Of a stretch of 64,000 nt of DNA, positions 35,728-47,893 are shown piece by piece. The stretch is from NCBI GenBank assembly GCA_964106915.2, contig OZ066918.1; one strand, 5' to 3'. Numbering within the stretch: position 1 is the stretch's first letter; the number at the start of each line of letters is the position of its first letter. Below the pieces are notes generated by a model. That model did not search any database. It had not been told where the DNA came from and saw nothing but the letters and a program-made list of their open reading frames with translations. The position numbers were made by a program, and so were the translations under genes. This DNA is from Podarcis gaigeae (taxonomy: Eukaryota).

Positions 35728-37132
35728 CCTGACCTTATCCAGCTTGCTGCATTTCTCGTGCTGGAAAGGAAAACGACAATTGCAAAATTAGTTTCTCCAC
35801 CCCAGGCAGCCAAAAATTCTAAGTAGCAACACTACTTCGGGAAATAAACATTCGGTATTAGATGCTTTTTAACTCCGCCAAAAGTGCAAGGGGAGAAAAG
35901 GGGAGTTCGGCAAAGCTGAAAAGTAAATAAAAACGAATCGCTCAGCTGATAATGGATGAATGGGAAGAGACGGCAGAGGGCTCTCTCCGTTGGCTAAAGT
36001 GGAGCTATTTACATGAATAGAATCAACCACTGAACACTGACACATTGTGCTGTTGTTTGCTTTCAAATGGCAAATAAGAATGCAGATGAGTCGCCCTGTG
36101 TGATTTCTGTGATTCAGCACAGAAAGGGAACCACAAGCAGAGGCTGCACATGTAAAACTGTCATGTTCAATAGGTCTTTCAAACTCCTCCAGGAGTTTTC
36201 ACCTCCAGTACCAGATTTCTGCTGTTGTCTTTTGTCATTATCTCCGTGTAAGATTTCTGCTTTCTGTTGTTGTTGTTTAAATTTGACGTCCTCACAGGTG
36301 CCAATAAAAGCTTGGAAATATGAAGAGTGAATTGGAAGAAGACCAGAAACGGAGCCCAACATTGGCAAAACAGTAAAACTCGAGTGATTTTGGTAGCTGT
36401 CCCTATACAATCCAAATTTATTTATTTTTAAAAGAACCCAGAATCATTCTAGCAGTGACATCTCCTGTTAAGGCTGTGGCAGCCAAGGTGTCTATGCTCG
36501 TGCCATTTGCATCACAATCCATAATATTTATCACATACTTATCACATACAAAACCACAAACCAGGAGATTCAGGTTAATTTCTGGACATCTAACATACTG
36601 GATTAATGACAGAAATGACAGCTGGCTGGGCTAGGCTGGGATGAATCTCTTCCATGCTCGCTAACTAATACCTATTGATAAATGTGTCCTCCATTGATTT
36701 GTATAGCCCAAATGCTTCTCAGAGATGTTATTAGTACATCATATTCTGTTGGGGGCCTGGAAATTGGACGGTATAATCCAGTGTGGGTACCATTCAGCTC
36801 TATGATGCTAAAGGAATAAACAAGACCTTATGGGCCAGGCTGATTCCCTGTGTAACTCTCAGTGTCACTTCACAACCCTTACAATTTTCTCCAGGCACAA
36901 CTGCACATCATGCTCAAAATACAGACAGCTTTAATACTTGGCTTAGCATTAATCTCCTTAAGAGTCTCTCCCCCCTTCCCCCCCCCGCATGTGCAGTAAA
37001 AGCTAACTGGGGGCCAAACAGGAGGAAGAGCACTAACGGCTTGGCACCTAGATGTGAAGTACAAACAAGAATTAAAACAATAATATACAAAATTTGAAAG
37101 ATTACCCTGTTACACGGGGCTTCACAGTTTAC

Positions 37133-37179
37133 TCCTTCCTTCCTTCCTTCCTTCCTTCCTTCCTTCCTTCCTTCCTTCC
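37133..37179. repeat. (TTCC)n microsatellite
   Basis: Read directly from the sequence. Confidence 0.95.
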
Positions 37180-37665
37180 GGTGGAATGAAGCAGGAATAA
37201 GAATGAAAAGAACCTTTTCCTTAGTTAAAGGCATTGACCACAAAACCCCTTCTATTTGTCCTCCCAAAAATATTATCAGCACTCCCATGGCCTTCTCCTC
37301 ATGTCTCTGGCTGAAGGATCACCAAATGCCTCTAGGAAGCTCACAAGCTGGGCATGAAGTTGACAACCATCCCATGGTGATTGTCCCAGACACCTAGGGT
37401 CCAGGGGCAATCAGCCTCTGAACTAGGGGCGAGAACACTCGTCAACCCCAAAGCAGAGGAAATGCACCTTCAAAAAAGAGGACAAGAGAGCATTTGGGTA
37501 ACATTTGCATATGTTCGGCTTATATGCAAGTTTAGATGGAAATACAGTACGTCTCACTATAGCCGTGAAGACTGTGACCTGTGTGCTTGCTCAATCTGTT
37601 ATCCAGATACTAACTGTTGAGGGGCAACTTCAGGGCTCTTGCTCTCCCTTCTTATGGTTCTTGAT

Positions 37666-37915
37666 CATGAGTAGGCAAACTAAGGCTTGGGGACCGGATC
37701 TGGCCCAATCGCCTTCTAAATCCGGCCCGTGGATGGTCCAGGAATCAGCATGTTATTACATGAGTAGAATGTGTCCTTTTATTTAAAATGCATCTCCGGG
37801 TTATTTGTGCGGCATAGGAATTTGTTCACCCACCAAAAAAAAATATAGTCCGGTCCCCAACAAGGTCTGAGGAACAGTGGGCCAGCCCCCTGCTGAAAAA
37901 GTTTGCTGACCCCTG
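37666..37915. mobile_element. hAT MITE, shorter variant of the same family
   Basis: Same termini. TSD TTCTTGAT / TTATTGAA (6/8). Confidence 0.85.
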
Positions 37916-39780
37916 TTATTGAACTTTGGACTGTTTAGCCCTTCAAACAGAGGACTCCTTCAAACAGAGGACTACCCTCTGTAAGGCAGGACACATGGCC
38001 AACATGCTCTAAGAATGGAGATTCCATTTAACTTCAAGAGTCCGAAATTAACCGCCTGCACCACTGTCATTCCTTGGTTCTGCTGATACCAACATTCCCT
38101 ACTCCCTGGGGAATATGCCCTGTCGGGGTGTTGACATTGTGCAAATTTGTTTAAATTCAATCAGTCAATTGGTTCAAAGTCTTATATCAGATTACAGCAC
38201 AATCCTGTGCAGGTCTGCTCAAAACACCCAGGAAAGATGTTACAGGATAACAGCCTAAAATGATTTGATTGATCAACCTAAAACTATTTAACTGGTTGAC
38301 ACTTAAACTAATTTGTTTTGTTCCTGAAAGTGGCTTGATACTGCATCCAAAGGAACAAGGTCCAAAACTCCAGCTCTCTAGAATTCTGCATGCACTGGTA
38401 GCATGTTGAGGCCTCTCATTTGCAGTTCCACATGCTTGCTTCAGTCCTGACCTACTACAACCTCTTGCCATTCCAGGCATCAGCCCCTCTCTGGGAGCGC
38501 CTGCCAATTTGCTGAATTGTGACAGAGCGCCGAGCGATTTTTTTGTACTTGGGGAAACAAGACCATCAAGCACATTTTCACTTGAGCAACCTGAGCTGAA
38601 ATTTGAACTCAGTGTCTCTGGAGGCGAAAAGCTCGTGTGCCACCCGCAGATAATATCTCCCAAGGACAGCTGTTTTAGTGCAAAAAGCCAAAGTGAAGCA
38701 CCTCAGCCCACACCCTCTTTCAGCCTGAACACATCCTTCAGTTAAATAGGGTGCCCAATTTTCACAATGCATCATGTTTTGTGCGTCATTTGGAGACGGG
38801 TTCCAAAATGTATGTTCTGTGAAGGATACATTGACAGCTGGAACAGAGACATAAGGACAGGCCATCCTTATGAACGATATCCTAGTGGAACCATTGACTT
38901 TTTTAGGTCAAAGATGCTTACATTTCCAGGCTTTAGAATGATGCATCTCAGGACGTTTTAAGTCACCTGTGATGGATATCGAGTGAAACCAAGTCAGTCT
39001 ATAGCCTGATGGGATATGTCTCTATTGCTTTTATGGAAAACGCAACCTCATTCTGTACTTATCAGTAGCTAACAAGGTGCAAACTTTTGTGAAGATGAAT
39101 GGATTAATGAAGTTGAATTGAATTTGGTTGGGCCAAATCCCCCATCAGATGCCCAGAGACCATGCCTCTATTATTATTATTTTCTACACAGGTAAATTCA
39201 CCTCTGTCACTACATGTCAGTACTGAGCTAGTTTTATGGCACACCTTCCTGTACATTTCTCCCATCCCTTTCCTTATTCCGAAAAATCCAGACTTTGGGG
39301 GAAGTCGGTTTGGTGCGCATGACCTCTCAATCCACTGTAGCAGCACGACATGAATTTGCCGGTCAGTATTATAGCTCTGTGTGGGGTAAAACTACAGAGC
39401 TCAGGATTCACTGAGGGAAAGAATGCATTCTGAATGCTTTGCTGGCATCGTAGGTACACAGCCCAGGTCTTCAAAAAGATGGGAGGACAAAAATAATCAT
39501 AATGTGACAGTCTGGCAGTGATGTTAGTCTAGCAGGCCTGAGTGAGCAAATAATAGGAATTCCAGAGAAAAGGACAAATGTGGAAGCAACTCCTTTGACC
39601 TCTGGTGGAACTTCCCTCCTGATGTAATTAGCAGCACAGGGAGGGGGGGGGGAGTCAGATTTTAAGCAGGACCACACCAGGGAGGAAAGAGTTAAACTTT
39701 CTCTTTCCTCGCCCACTGCAGTTCTAAAACTTCCCCTTCAATAAGACCCCTAGTATGGATTTACCCTGAGTGCTTTATGT

Positions 39781-40099
39781 CATGGGTAGGCAAACTAAGG
39801 CCTGGGGGCCGGATTCGGCCAAATCGCCTTCTAATTCTGGCCCGCGGATGGTCCAGGAATCAGCGTGTTTTTACATGAGTAGAATATGCCCTTTTATTTC
39901 AAATGCATCTCTGGGTTATTTGTGGGACCTGCCTGGTGTTTTAACATTAGAATGTGTGCTTTTATTTAAAATGCATCTCTGGGCTATTTGTGGGGCATAG
40001 GAATTCGTTCATGCCCCCCCCCCAATATATAGTTCGCCCCCCCACATGGTCTGAGGGACAGTGGACCAGGCCCCTGCTGAAAATGTTTGCTGACCCCTG
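39781..40099. mobile_element. hAT MITE (CATGGGTAGGCAAAC / TTTGCTGACCCCTG family)
   Basis: Perfect 8-bp TSD CTTTATGT and an internal duplicated segment. Confidence 0.88.
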
Positions 40100-40918
40100 C
40101 TTTATGTGATTCCCATCGTATCTGATGAAGCCCCAAACCTTTCTGTAAGCTATGTCGAATTGTAGCCTGGATTGGTTTATCTCATGTTGAAGTGTGGAGA
40201 TTTGTTTGTTTGTTTGTTTGTTTAAAAAGAGGAGAGTAGGGAGGAGGGGACAAGTTTTCACACACATACAGGAGACTTCAAATGCTGCGGGAGCAAGTTA
40301 TTCGCTAATTAACAGTTGCATTTCAATCCTCTTGTAAGCAGACACGTTCTAACAGCTGAAGTTCTTTTTATAGCAGCAGAATCTTCTTTGGTACAAGCTG
40401 AACATTACACTCTAGATTCAGAAGGCATTACTAGCCAGTGAAGGATTTCCTCACTACTCACTGTAAGCAAAGTTGTACCAGGGGGGTAAAGAATATTATA
40501 TATGCCACAGCATATTAAATAGTAATAAAAGCCAAGAGGCGAAGGAAGCAGTTAATGGGCACTTGGCCGCACTGCAACATACAAGGTGCAGAATAGATTA
40601 ACCTGCTACTTTTGTTGTGCACCAAAGTCCTGCAAGCTTTCAAAGTTCCACAGGGGCTTCAGTCACTGGGACTCACATTGTGTTTATTTATAAGACTTAT
40701 TAGATGCCTTTCAAGGGCAAGTAAGGCAATATACCACACATATTTATCAATTGGAGATGGAGACCCTAGACTCACTTAGGGCTCATTCACACTTCCCTTT
40801 GTCTCATGATATCTTCCGTTTGTCGCATGATTTCTAGGCAAGGGTCTGAGAGGTTTTTCTTTGGTCTCCCCACTCTACTTGGGAAAACACACCATTTACT
40901 GCTAAATCAGAGCAAATG

Positions 40919-41257
40919 TAGACCTTCCAAGTGTCCCTGTTTTCCAGGGACAGTCCCAGATTTACAGAAGCCGTCCTGGTTTCTGATTTGATCCCAGAAT
41001 GTCCTTCTTCTCCTTAGGACGTTCCTATTTTCATCTGAGAAATGTTGGAGGGTATGGAGTTATGTGACCCCCAAGCCAAGGAGATAAGGAACTATACAGC
41101 CTTTAGAAGGTTTTTAAAAAATGTTTAATGTTTTATTATGTTTTTATATTTGTTTGAAGTCGCCCAGAGTGGCTGGGGCAACCCAGTCAGATGGGAAGGC
41201 TATAAATAGTGTAGTAGCAGTGGTGGTGGTGGTGGTAATAATAATAATAATAATAAT

Positions 41258-41308
<51 letters not shown>

Positions 41309-41348
41309 AGGTGTCCCTATTTTCACTGGAGAAATGTTGGAGGGTATG
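40919..41348. mobile_element. hAT-like element containing a LINE 3' tail and a compound microsatellite
   Basis: Termini TAGACCTTCCAA / TTGGAGGGTATG. The block CCTATTTTCA..GAGAAATGTTGGAGGGTATG occurs twice. The internal GCCCAGAGTGGCTGGGG tail also occurs at 51741-51795. An inverted fragment lies at about 5290-5375. Confidence 0.6.
41211..41308. repeat. Compound trinucleotide microsatellite (GTA)(GTG)n(ATA)n(ACA)n
   Basis: Read directly from the sequence. Confidence 0.95.
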
Positions 41349-42876
41349 CAACTGCCCACCTGCAGAAAACCCAATTGACGTTTGCTCCGATTCAGAAGCA
41401 AATGGCAGGTTTTCCTGTGGATGGTAGGATGACAAGAAAAGCCTCTTGGATCCATCTCTAGAAATCGGGACAAACAGAAGCATGGATGAGCCCTTAGATA
41501 GGAGAAAAATCCCACTGGACTCAAAGAGACTTACTTTTGAGTAGGTCTGCATACGACTGGGCTGGGGGGGCGCGGACTTTAAACTGCCCTTTGGTCAAAC
41601 TTTAATCTCCCCTTTGGTAATTACAATACGTAGATATAATTGCAGTGATGACGTGGTTGCTGCTGTCTCGCCAGAGTGAGAATACTAATGGTCGGTCAGT
41701 GCTCAGTTTCCCCAAATTAGGAAAAGAATCAAAGCTGATATATTTCTGTCTGGGTGCACCCAATTGTTGCTGGCGAAGTTCCCAAGAGCAGCAATGGCTG
41801 GTTTCCCCAAATTAGCATTTCAGCAGGTACACATGCAAAAAACAAGTTCATGAGAATGTGCACACTGGCTCATTAGCAGAGCAAGAGTGCACATTTTGGG
41901 ACTTTCAGAGATTTATAAGATTCCTGTTTATTTGGTTTTGCAGAGAGTGCATATTTCATATATTTCATATTGTTCAATGTTCCGTATAGATTATAGAAAG
42001 AGTTTACATTGATATTGCATTGTTGTACTTGGTCATCGCGTTGCCTTGGATATTACTGATACTGTTTGCAACACAGGGGTTTAATTGTTTGGTTACTCAT
42101 TAGCAGATCTGGCAACAAGCCCTTGACTGTGGTGTGAACCCCGTACATGTTATTGGTGCTGCAACAAACAAGCCAACCTAGATTATACTCAAGACAGCCT
42201 TCCTAATCTCCTTTATCAGCCCTGGGTAAGAGAGGAACCCATGGTATATGTCTAATAGAGGCCCTAATGGGGTAGATTAGGAGGTCTGGGAGCATATGGT
42301 GGCGAAGATCCAATTCTCTGGATCGGCATTGTGAATCGGTGGAATTAAATTGGAAGCCTGGTTTGGCAGAATGACATCTAATATTTTGTTATTAGACTGT
42401 CTGTTCAATCAGTTTAGTATCTATCAGACCCTCTGCCTTAAGTCAATATCCTGCCCAGACAGATGAAGGGAGGAATTATAATCAATCTCTTGCATCTTTT
42501 TATTTGGCTTCCAAGAAGCCATCCTGGTTTCTGAACTGCGTATTTCCTTCTTTTCCTCGTTGACCTCATAATCTTGTTTTCTACCTCAAAGCAATAATGG
42601 GGAGTAATAACATCAGAAAACATGCAGCCTAGATATCTGGCAACAGCTTGTGGATATTTATATATACAATTTTTTTATTGTTTAAAAAGAAAAAGTACAT
42701 CGAGATACTGAAAATCATAAAATATTGCAAAGTACATCACCATTACATTATTTGTTCTCAAAGACAATGAATTTGTTCCAATTTCCAATACACTGTGTTT
42801 TCTGTTATGATACTATTTTGCATCAGATATAGGTTGCTTGAAGTTCAGGTTTGGGGCTGTGTGTGGAGGGAAGGAA

Positions 42877-42880
<4 letters not shown>

Positions 42881-42929
<49 letters not shown>
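42881..42929. repeat. (AG)n microsatellite
   Basis: Read directly from the sequence. Confidence 0.95.
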
Positions 42930-42931
<2 letters not shown>

Positions 42932-44151
42932 CAAAATCCTCTGGAGGGCAAGCTTGACTCAAGTCGCTTCTATATGGGGCAAGATGTACCATGTGATCTC
43001 CTCTTGCCTATTAATGTGAAGGTATTTCCTTGTTCTGGGTGCTGGTTACACAGGTTGAATGTCTTCCTGCCATTCTCAGGAGAGGGCAGGTTGTCATTCT
43101 CAACCCTATTTCTGTGACTTTACTGTTTTTGATGTTGAATTTTAAATTGTAACCTGCTCTGGCACTTGCTCCTCATGGGCTGGCAATAAATTTATTTGCT
43201 TATTTATCTGAAAAAGTGCCAAGTTCAGGGCCCAGTGCAGGCGCAAGTCCTGACATCTTGTTGATAGAAGCCTAGAATACACATTGCAGTTATTGCACAG
43301 AGAGACCTTCTCTGTCCCCATTTTTGCAATATATGGACATTAAGTATGTTTACAGATTTGCCTGAAGATACAAACTTTGTATCTGGGGCAGGGGGCATGC
43401 ATAGAAGCAGTCTTGTGAGTGTTGCACCCTGCATGTTCAGTCCCAGGCCTCACCCCTGTGCTGAGTGGAAAAGTTCTACAGAGGGTTCCTACTTATGAGT
43501 TGACCCCCTTGGTGCCACTGGGGACCCTGAAATAGCAGGATCCCTGATCAATTATGTGAGCCCCCTGCTTGATGTGGAGACATTCAGGAATGCGGAGGAG
43601 CAGGGGGTGGGGAGCAACTTGCATGAGGACATTGGAGGCATGGCTTTCATGCACACCCCACCCCTCCATCCACACTTTGGAGCATTTGCATGTTCAGCTG
43701 AATGCCTGGGCATGCATCCCATGTTGGCACTGGTACCTCCACATCATCCATTAAGTGCAACTTGGTGACGGGTGTAGACGGGTGTCACACGGTCTTCTTG
43801 TGACACTTGTCCCATGTGGATTAAGCACAGTGCAGATGTTACGTTTTCCATGAGACATGTGCATAATCCCCATGCCTTGATCTTGACAGAAACATCTTAT
43901 TTATACATTTATAAATCATCATACAGTAAAATGGCAGGCACCACTTTTCCCCTCTCCAAAGGGCTCTAGAATCCATTTACACACGATCTACAAGAGTTGA
44001 GGTGCAGTAATATGCTATCAACTTGTATCCTTCAGCAGAACCTGTGACAAAAAGACCACTTAGCTATGCCTGAAAGCCCTATGGATGAGATATCATCCGC
44101 CAAAAATGGTATGGACTGATTGCACGATGAGATTGATATGCACATAGGCCT

Positions 44152-44307
44152 TGTCGTGGAAGGCTGAGTGGACAGACTAGTCAAGGAGCTAAACGATAAC
44201 TTTATTGTTTCTCTAAACAAGAACAGAACAGCAGCAGGAACCTCCTGACACCACTTATCTACACACACAAGCCCAGCGCCACCTAGTGACTAAGCTATGC
44301 CATGACA
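44152..44307. mobile_element. Short TG...CA element (mini solo-LTR-like) carrying a CTCF-like motif
   Basis: Termini TGTCGTGG / CCATGACA (7/8 inverted), AATAAA on the minus strand at 44206-44201, and flanking 13/15 direct repeats. Confidence 0.45.
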
Positions 44308-45480
44308 CTATCCACACAGGCCTTGAGTCACACACCTTGGTACCAAGTAGCTGTACAGCTCAAACCAGGAACATTGCAACACCAGGTGCCAGTCCTCTTC
44401 TCTTGGCACCAGCAGGGCTGCTGCGTGAAGAAGGAAACTGGAGGTAGTTTAAGGCAGGAGGAGACTAACACCACAGATGAGAATCCTCCTGGTCCCAGGA
44501 ATCAGGCAATTGAGGACATAGGAAGCTACCTTAGACCAAGTCAGATGGTTCGGTCAATCTGGCTCAGTGTTGGGACCTTCTGCAACAAACCATGTGCTCA
44601 CCCGCCATGGAGCTACAGCTGTTCCCTGTTCTGGAGAGCCTATCACAAACCACTGCTGGCTGTAAGGCTTCAAAATCTCTCCCTTAATCCAGGCATCTGT
44701 TTGTTGCAAGAAGAAGCCACTAGGCTATATAGCCCTTTGAGCTACCAGGCTAGGGGGCCACCAATGCATGTGCCCACCAGGATCTTCTACAATACTTGTG
44801 AAAGGTCTTACTAAATATCCCCTCAAAAAATCAACAACGCATGAGGGACAGTTTGCTGTTTCTGTTCAGTTTATATTGGCACTGCTTTGGCTTCTGCGTT
44901 GCACACATGCTCATATTTCATTGGATGGCAGGACTGGACAACCAAACCTCCCTTCCATTCAAACCAAGAGTGAGCAAGTGCAGTTGTGGCTGATGTAGGT
45001 GCTCCCCACTCCCCCTTGATAGGGGAGCTGATGCAGGGAGGGTGCCCAAGCCATCTTTGGTCCTGCCTCTTTCAGATGTGGTGGCCATTTTGTGTTACGC
45101 CACACCATGGCAGCCATTTTGCGACTGGCACATGCAACACTGTCTCAACATTCCCCCCACTGGTCAAAAAAGGTTGGGCATGTCAGCCGATTCCCTGCCT
45201 GCTGCCTCTCCAAGCTGGATATTATCAGGGATTGCCTGCCTGACAGTTGCGATCTGTGGATGGCTGGGTGTAGATTGTTCCATACAAGATTCATGTGTGT
45301 GCCTGTTCTCAGGATAAAACGGGCTACTATCTCTGTTCGTTTTAAATGCTCAACTTATTAAATGCACAAACATTGTGGAGAACGCAATCAACATGTAAAG
45401 CAAATTAACTATCGTGGAGCTGTTTTTGAATCTTTACAGGAAAGCCAGCGATTTTCATTCTTCTGCCCCCTCTTCCTGCT

Positions 45481-45765
45481 TCAGTGATGTTTTGAAAGGT
45501 TTTCTACACTAAGCTGACACATGTGTGTCTCTGGCGTAGGACCGAAGGCACTATCCTGGCACAGCCACTCTAGCCGGCTGCTGGAGTTCCTCTCCCAGCT
45601 ATAGCCACAGTTCCTGGAGCACGAAGGGTCAGAGTTGGATTGAAAAGGCAGCTCCATTCGCTGGACGTTGCTGTAGGTTACCACAATGCTGGGTATCTGG
45701 GCTGTAGATGAGAGGTAGCAAGAATCTTCTGCCCTCACGCCAAAGGTGTACTGATCGTCACCTGT
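45481..45765 (-). CDS. OPN4: Probable terminal coding exon of Opn4m
   Basis: Pyrimidine tract CTCTTCTTTTTCGTACTTTCTTAAG, then TGDDQYTFGVRAEDSCYLSSTAQIPSIVVTYSNVQRMELP...SKHH and a TGA stop at 45483-45481. AQIPSIVVTYSNVQ resembles the distal tail of sauropsid Opn4m (recalled, not searched). Confidence 0.75.
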   Translation of the reverse strand, partial: TGDDQYTFGVRAEDSCYLSSTAQIPSIVVTYSNVQRMELPFQSNSDPSCSRNCGYSWERNSSSRLEWLCQDSAFGPTPETHMCQLSVENLSKHH

Positions 45766-47094
45766 CTTAAGAAAGTACGAAAAAGAAGAGGTTAATACAC
45801 AATGTGCCTGAGTTGACAACAGCCTATGGGGTGGGTGGGAAGCGATGTATATTTGCCACATGCATTGGGAGAATCCACCCTTGCCAAGTCAAAACAGGCC
45901 TCAGAACAATGTGCATGTCAAGAGAGGAGTTCAGTGTTTGTCCATCCCCACAATCAAAGAAGCAAGGTAGCTACAATGCATGCAATACCTGCTGAAAAAC
46001 CCTATTTTTTGCAACTGTTAAAGGCACAGCCTCTATTTGGCCACATTCCACCACTTTGGACTGCAAGTAGGAGCTACAATTTTCTGGATTCTCCTGCCTG
46101 CCGGCAGAAAATGAGCTCACCAGAGAGAATGGCTCTAGAGTCTAGAATGGTTCTAGTAACTATGCTACTTTCCTACTTGCAAGGAAGGTTTTCTTTTTCA
46201 TAGTCAAGCATTAAAAAGTGAGACGCACACCTTGCAGTCTGAAGTGGCACAGTCTATTCTAACACCTCAGGACTCTTGACACCTCATTCTGCTGCTGTTC
46301 TCAGATTCATGCTACAGATTTACAACAGGGGTTAGCAACCTCCAGACCACATGCCTAATTAGACCTGGCCGGCTCCCCATTTGGACCGCAAGCCCATTTC
46401 AGCCAGGCCAAGCCCCTTGCCCCATGTATGACATCATATATGATGTGTGGGCAATCTTGCCTCTATGGAACGAGCATTAGGTAGCACCTGTAATGGTGCT
46501 GGTCACACTGATTGACGCACAGAGTGGGCATACATGGGTGTAAGGCGAGCCTGCAAGGAATCTGGTCTCAAGCCCTTAAGGGTTTTATATACGAATGGTA
46601 ACATCGTGAACTTGGCCCGGGAGCAAATTGGCAACGGGTGCAGATCTCTGAGCAGAGATGTTATCTGTAGTAGGGTTTCACTCCCATCAGCAGTTGTGCT
46701 GCAGCGTTCTGCCCTAAGTGCAGCTTCTAGATCGAGCACAAAGAGAAGCTGTGCAAAGAGGCATTGCAGTAATTCAGCCTTGAAGGCACCAGGGTGCTAC
46801 TTGAACTACTTGTCAGTTTTCATTTCTTAGTACAGAAAGTATTGATCCGATGTGCTAGAGATCTTTCCTATTCTACTTAATTCAGGAGGGGTCTGGAAGC
46901 TTCTCTGTGTGAAAGAAACAAGCAGAAGGTTCATGATGCTTGGGTTATTCCTTCAGAGAAGCTGAGTACAACTAGCTTAAACTAGTTCTGTTATCTCTAT
47001 CAGTCAAGGACATGCTGACATAATAAGAGGCCAGAAGGAGCCTGGGTTTCACTTTCTCTTTCTATCTCTTTTCCTTCTGGTGTGGTGTTCTGTA

Positions 47095-47336
47095 CAGTGG
47101 TACCTCAGGTTAAGTACTTAATTTGTTCCAGAGGTCCGTACTTGACCTGAAACGGTTCTTAACCTGAAGCACCACTTTAGCTAATGGGGCCTCCCGCTGC
47201 TGCCGCGCCGCCGGAGCACAATTTCTATTCTCATCCTGAAGCAAAGTTCTTAACCTGAAACACTATTTCTGGGTTAGCAGAGTCTGTAACCTGAAGTGTA
47301 TGTAACCTGAAGCGTATGTAACCCGAGGTACCACTG
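47095..47336. mobile_element. Tc1/mariner MITE (CAGTGGTACCTC family)
   Basis: Matching TIRs and TA TSD, 242 bp. Confidence 0.9.
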
Positions 47337-47854
47337 TATATTGTATGCTTAGTGTTAAGGTTTAGACTTATTATAAATTATTGTAAGTTTAAGTTAAGTC
47401 TGCTGCAACTGGATTTCTTATGGACAGTGCCAATCCTGAATGTATTGGATTTGTGACCATAATGCTTATTAGCCTTCAGTGGCCGTTAAAGCTCTGCTGG
47501 ATGAAATATTCATTGCCTCTGGTCTATTTCTGGGGAACCCTGCAATGTGTTTTAAGTTTTTACTCTGCTAACTATACATTGAAATCTAATCTGGATAATA
47601 TTGAGTAGAATTTCAATGACACTACTGTGGTCAAGCTCTCCTGGTGCAGGAACATCTGTAGCTGTCGCACCACTTACAGCTGGCGAAAGGTGCTTCTAGC
47701 CAGAGGCTACCTGGGTCTCCAGCAACAAAGCTGGATTCAGAATCACGCCAAAACTACATACCTGTAAGTCTGGCTTCATCATCAGCCCAACACTATGGGG
47801 AGGCCACATTGTTCACATTTCCCACAGATTATTGAAAGCTGGATGGCAACTTAC

Positions 47855-47893
47855 CAGGCTGTCTCCAAAGATGTAGTTTCCAAAGGCTAAGTC
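47855..47893 (-). CDS. OPN4: Probable 39-nt phase-0 micro-exon of the Opn4m C-tail (DLAFGNYIFGDSL)
   Basis: Acceptor TTGTTTCTTTAG and consensus donor CTG/GTAAGT enclose 39 stop-free nt. It lies between two other tail exons. No protein homology was verified. Confidence 0.6.

Noticed and set aside
38187-38663. 158-aa minus-strand ORF between OPN4 and LDB3
   Set aside because: No recognisable domain, non-ATG start and no convincing splice context.
41880-42460. Possible LTR/DIRS remnant
   Set aside because: No termini, TSD or coding motif could be fixed by eye.
44302-44814. 170-aa plus-strand ORF
   Set aside because: No homology recognisable. It starts inside the putative repeat end, and ORFs of this length occur by chance in 64 kb.
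46851-47544. Possible solo LTR hosting the MITE at 47095
   Set aside because: TG...CA ends and LTR-like composition, but no TSD consistent with those ends.
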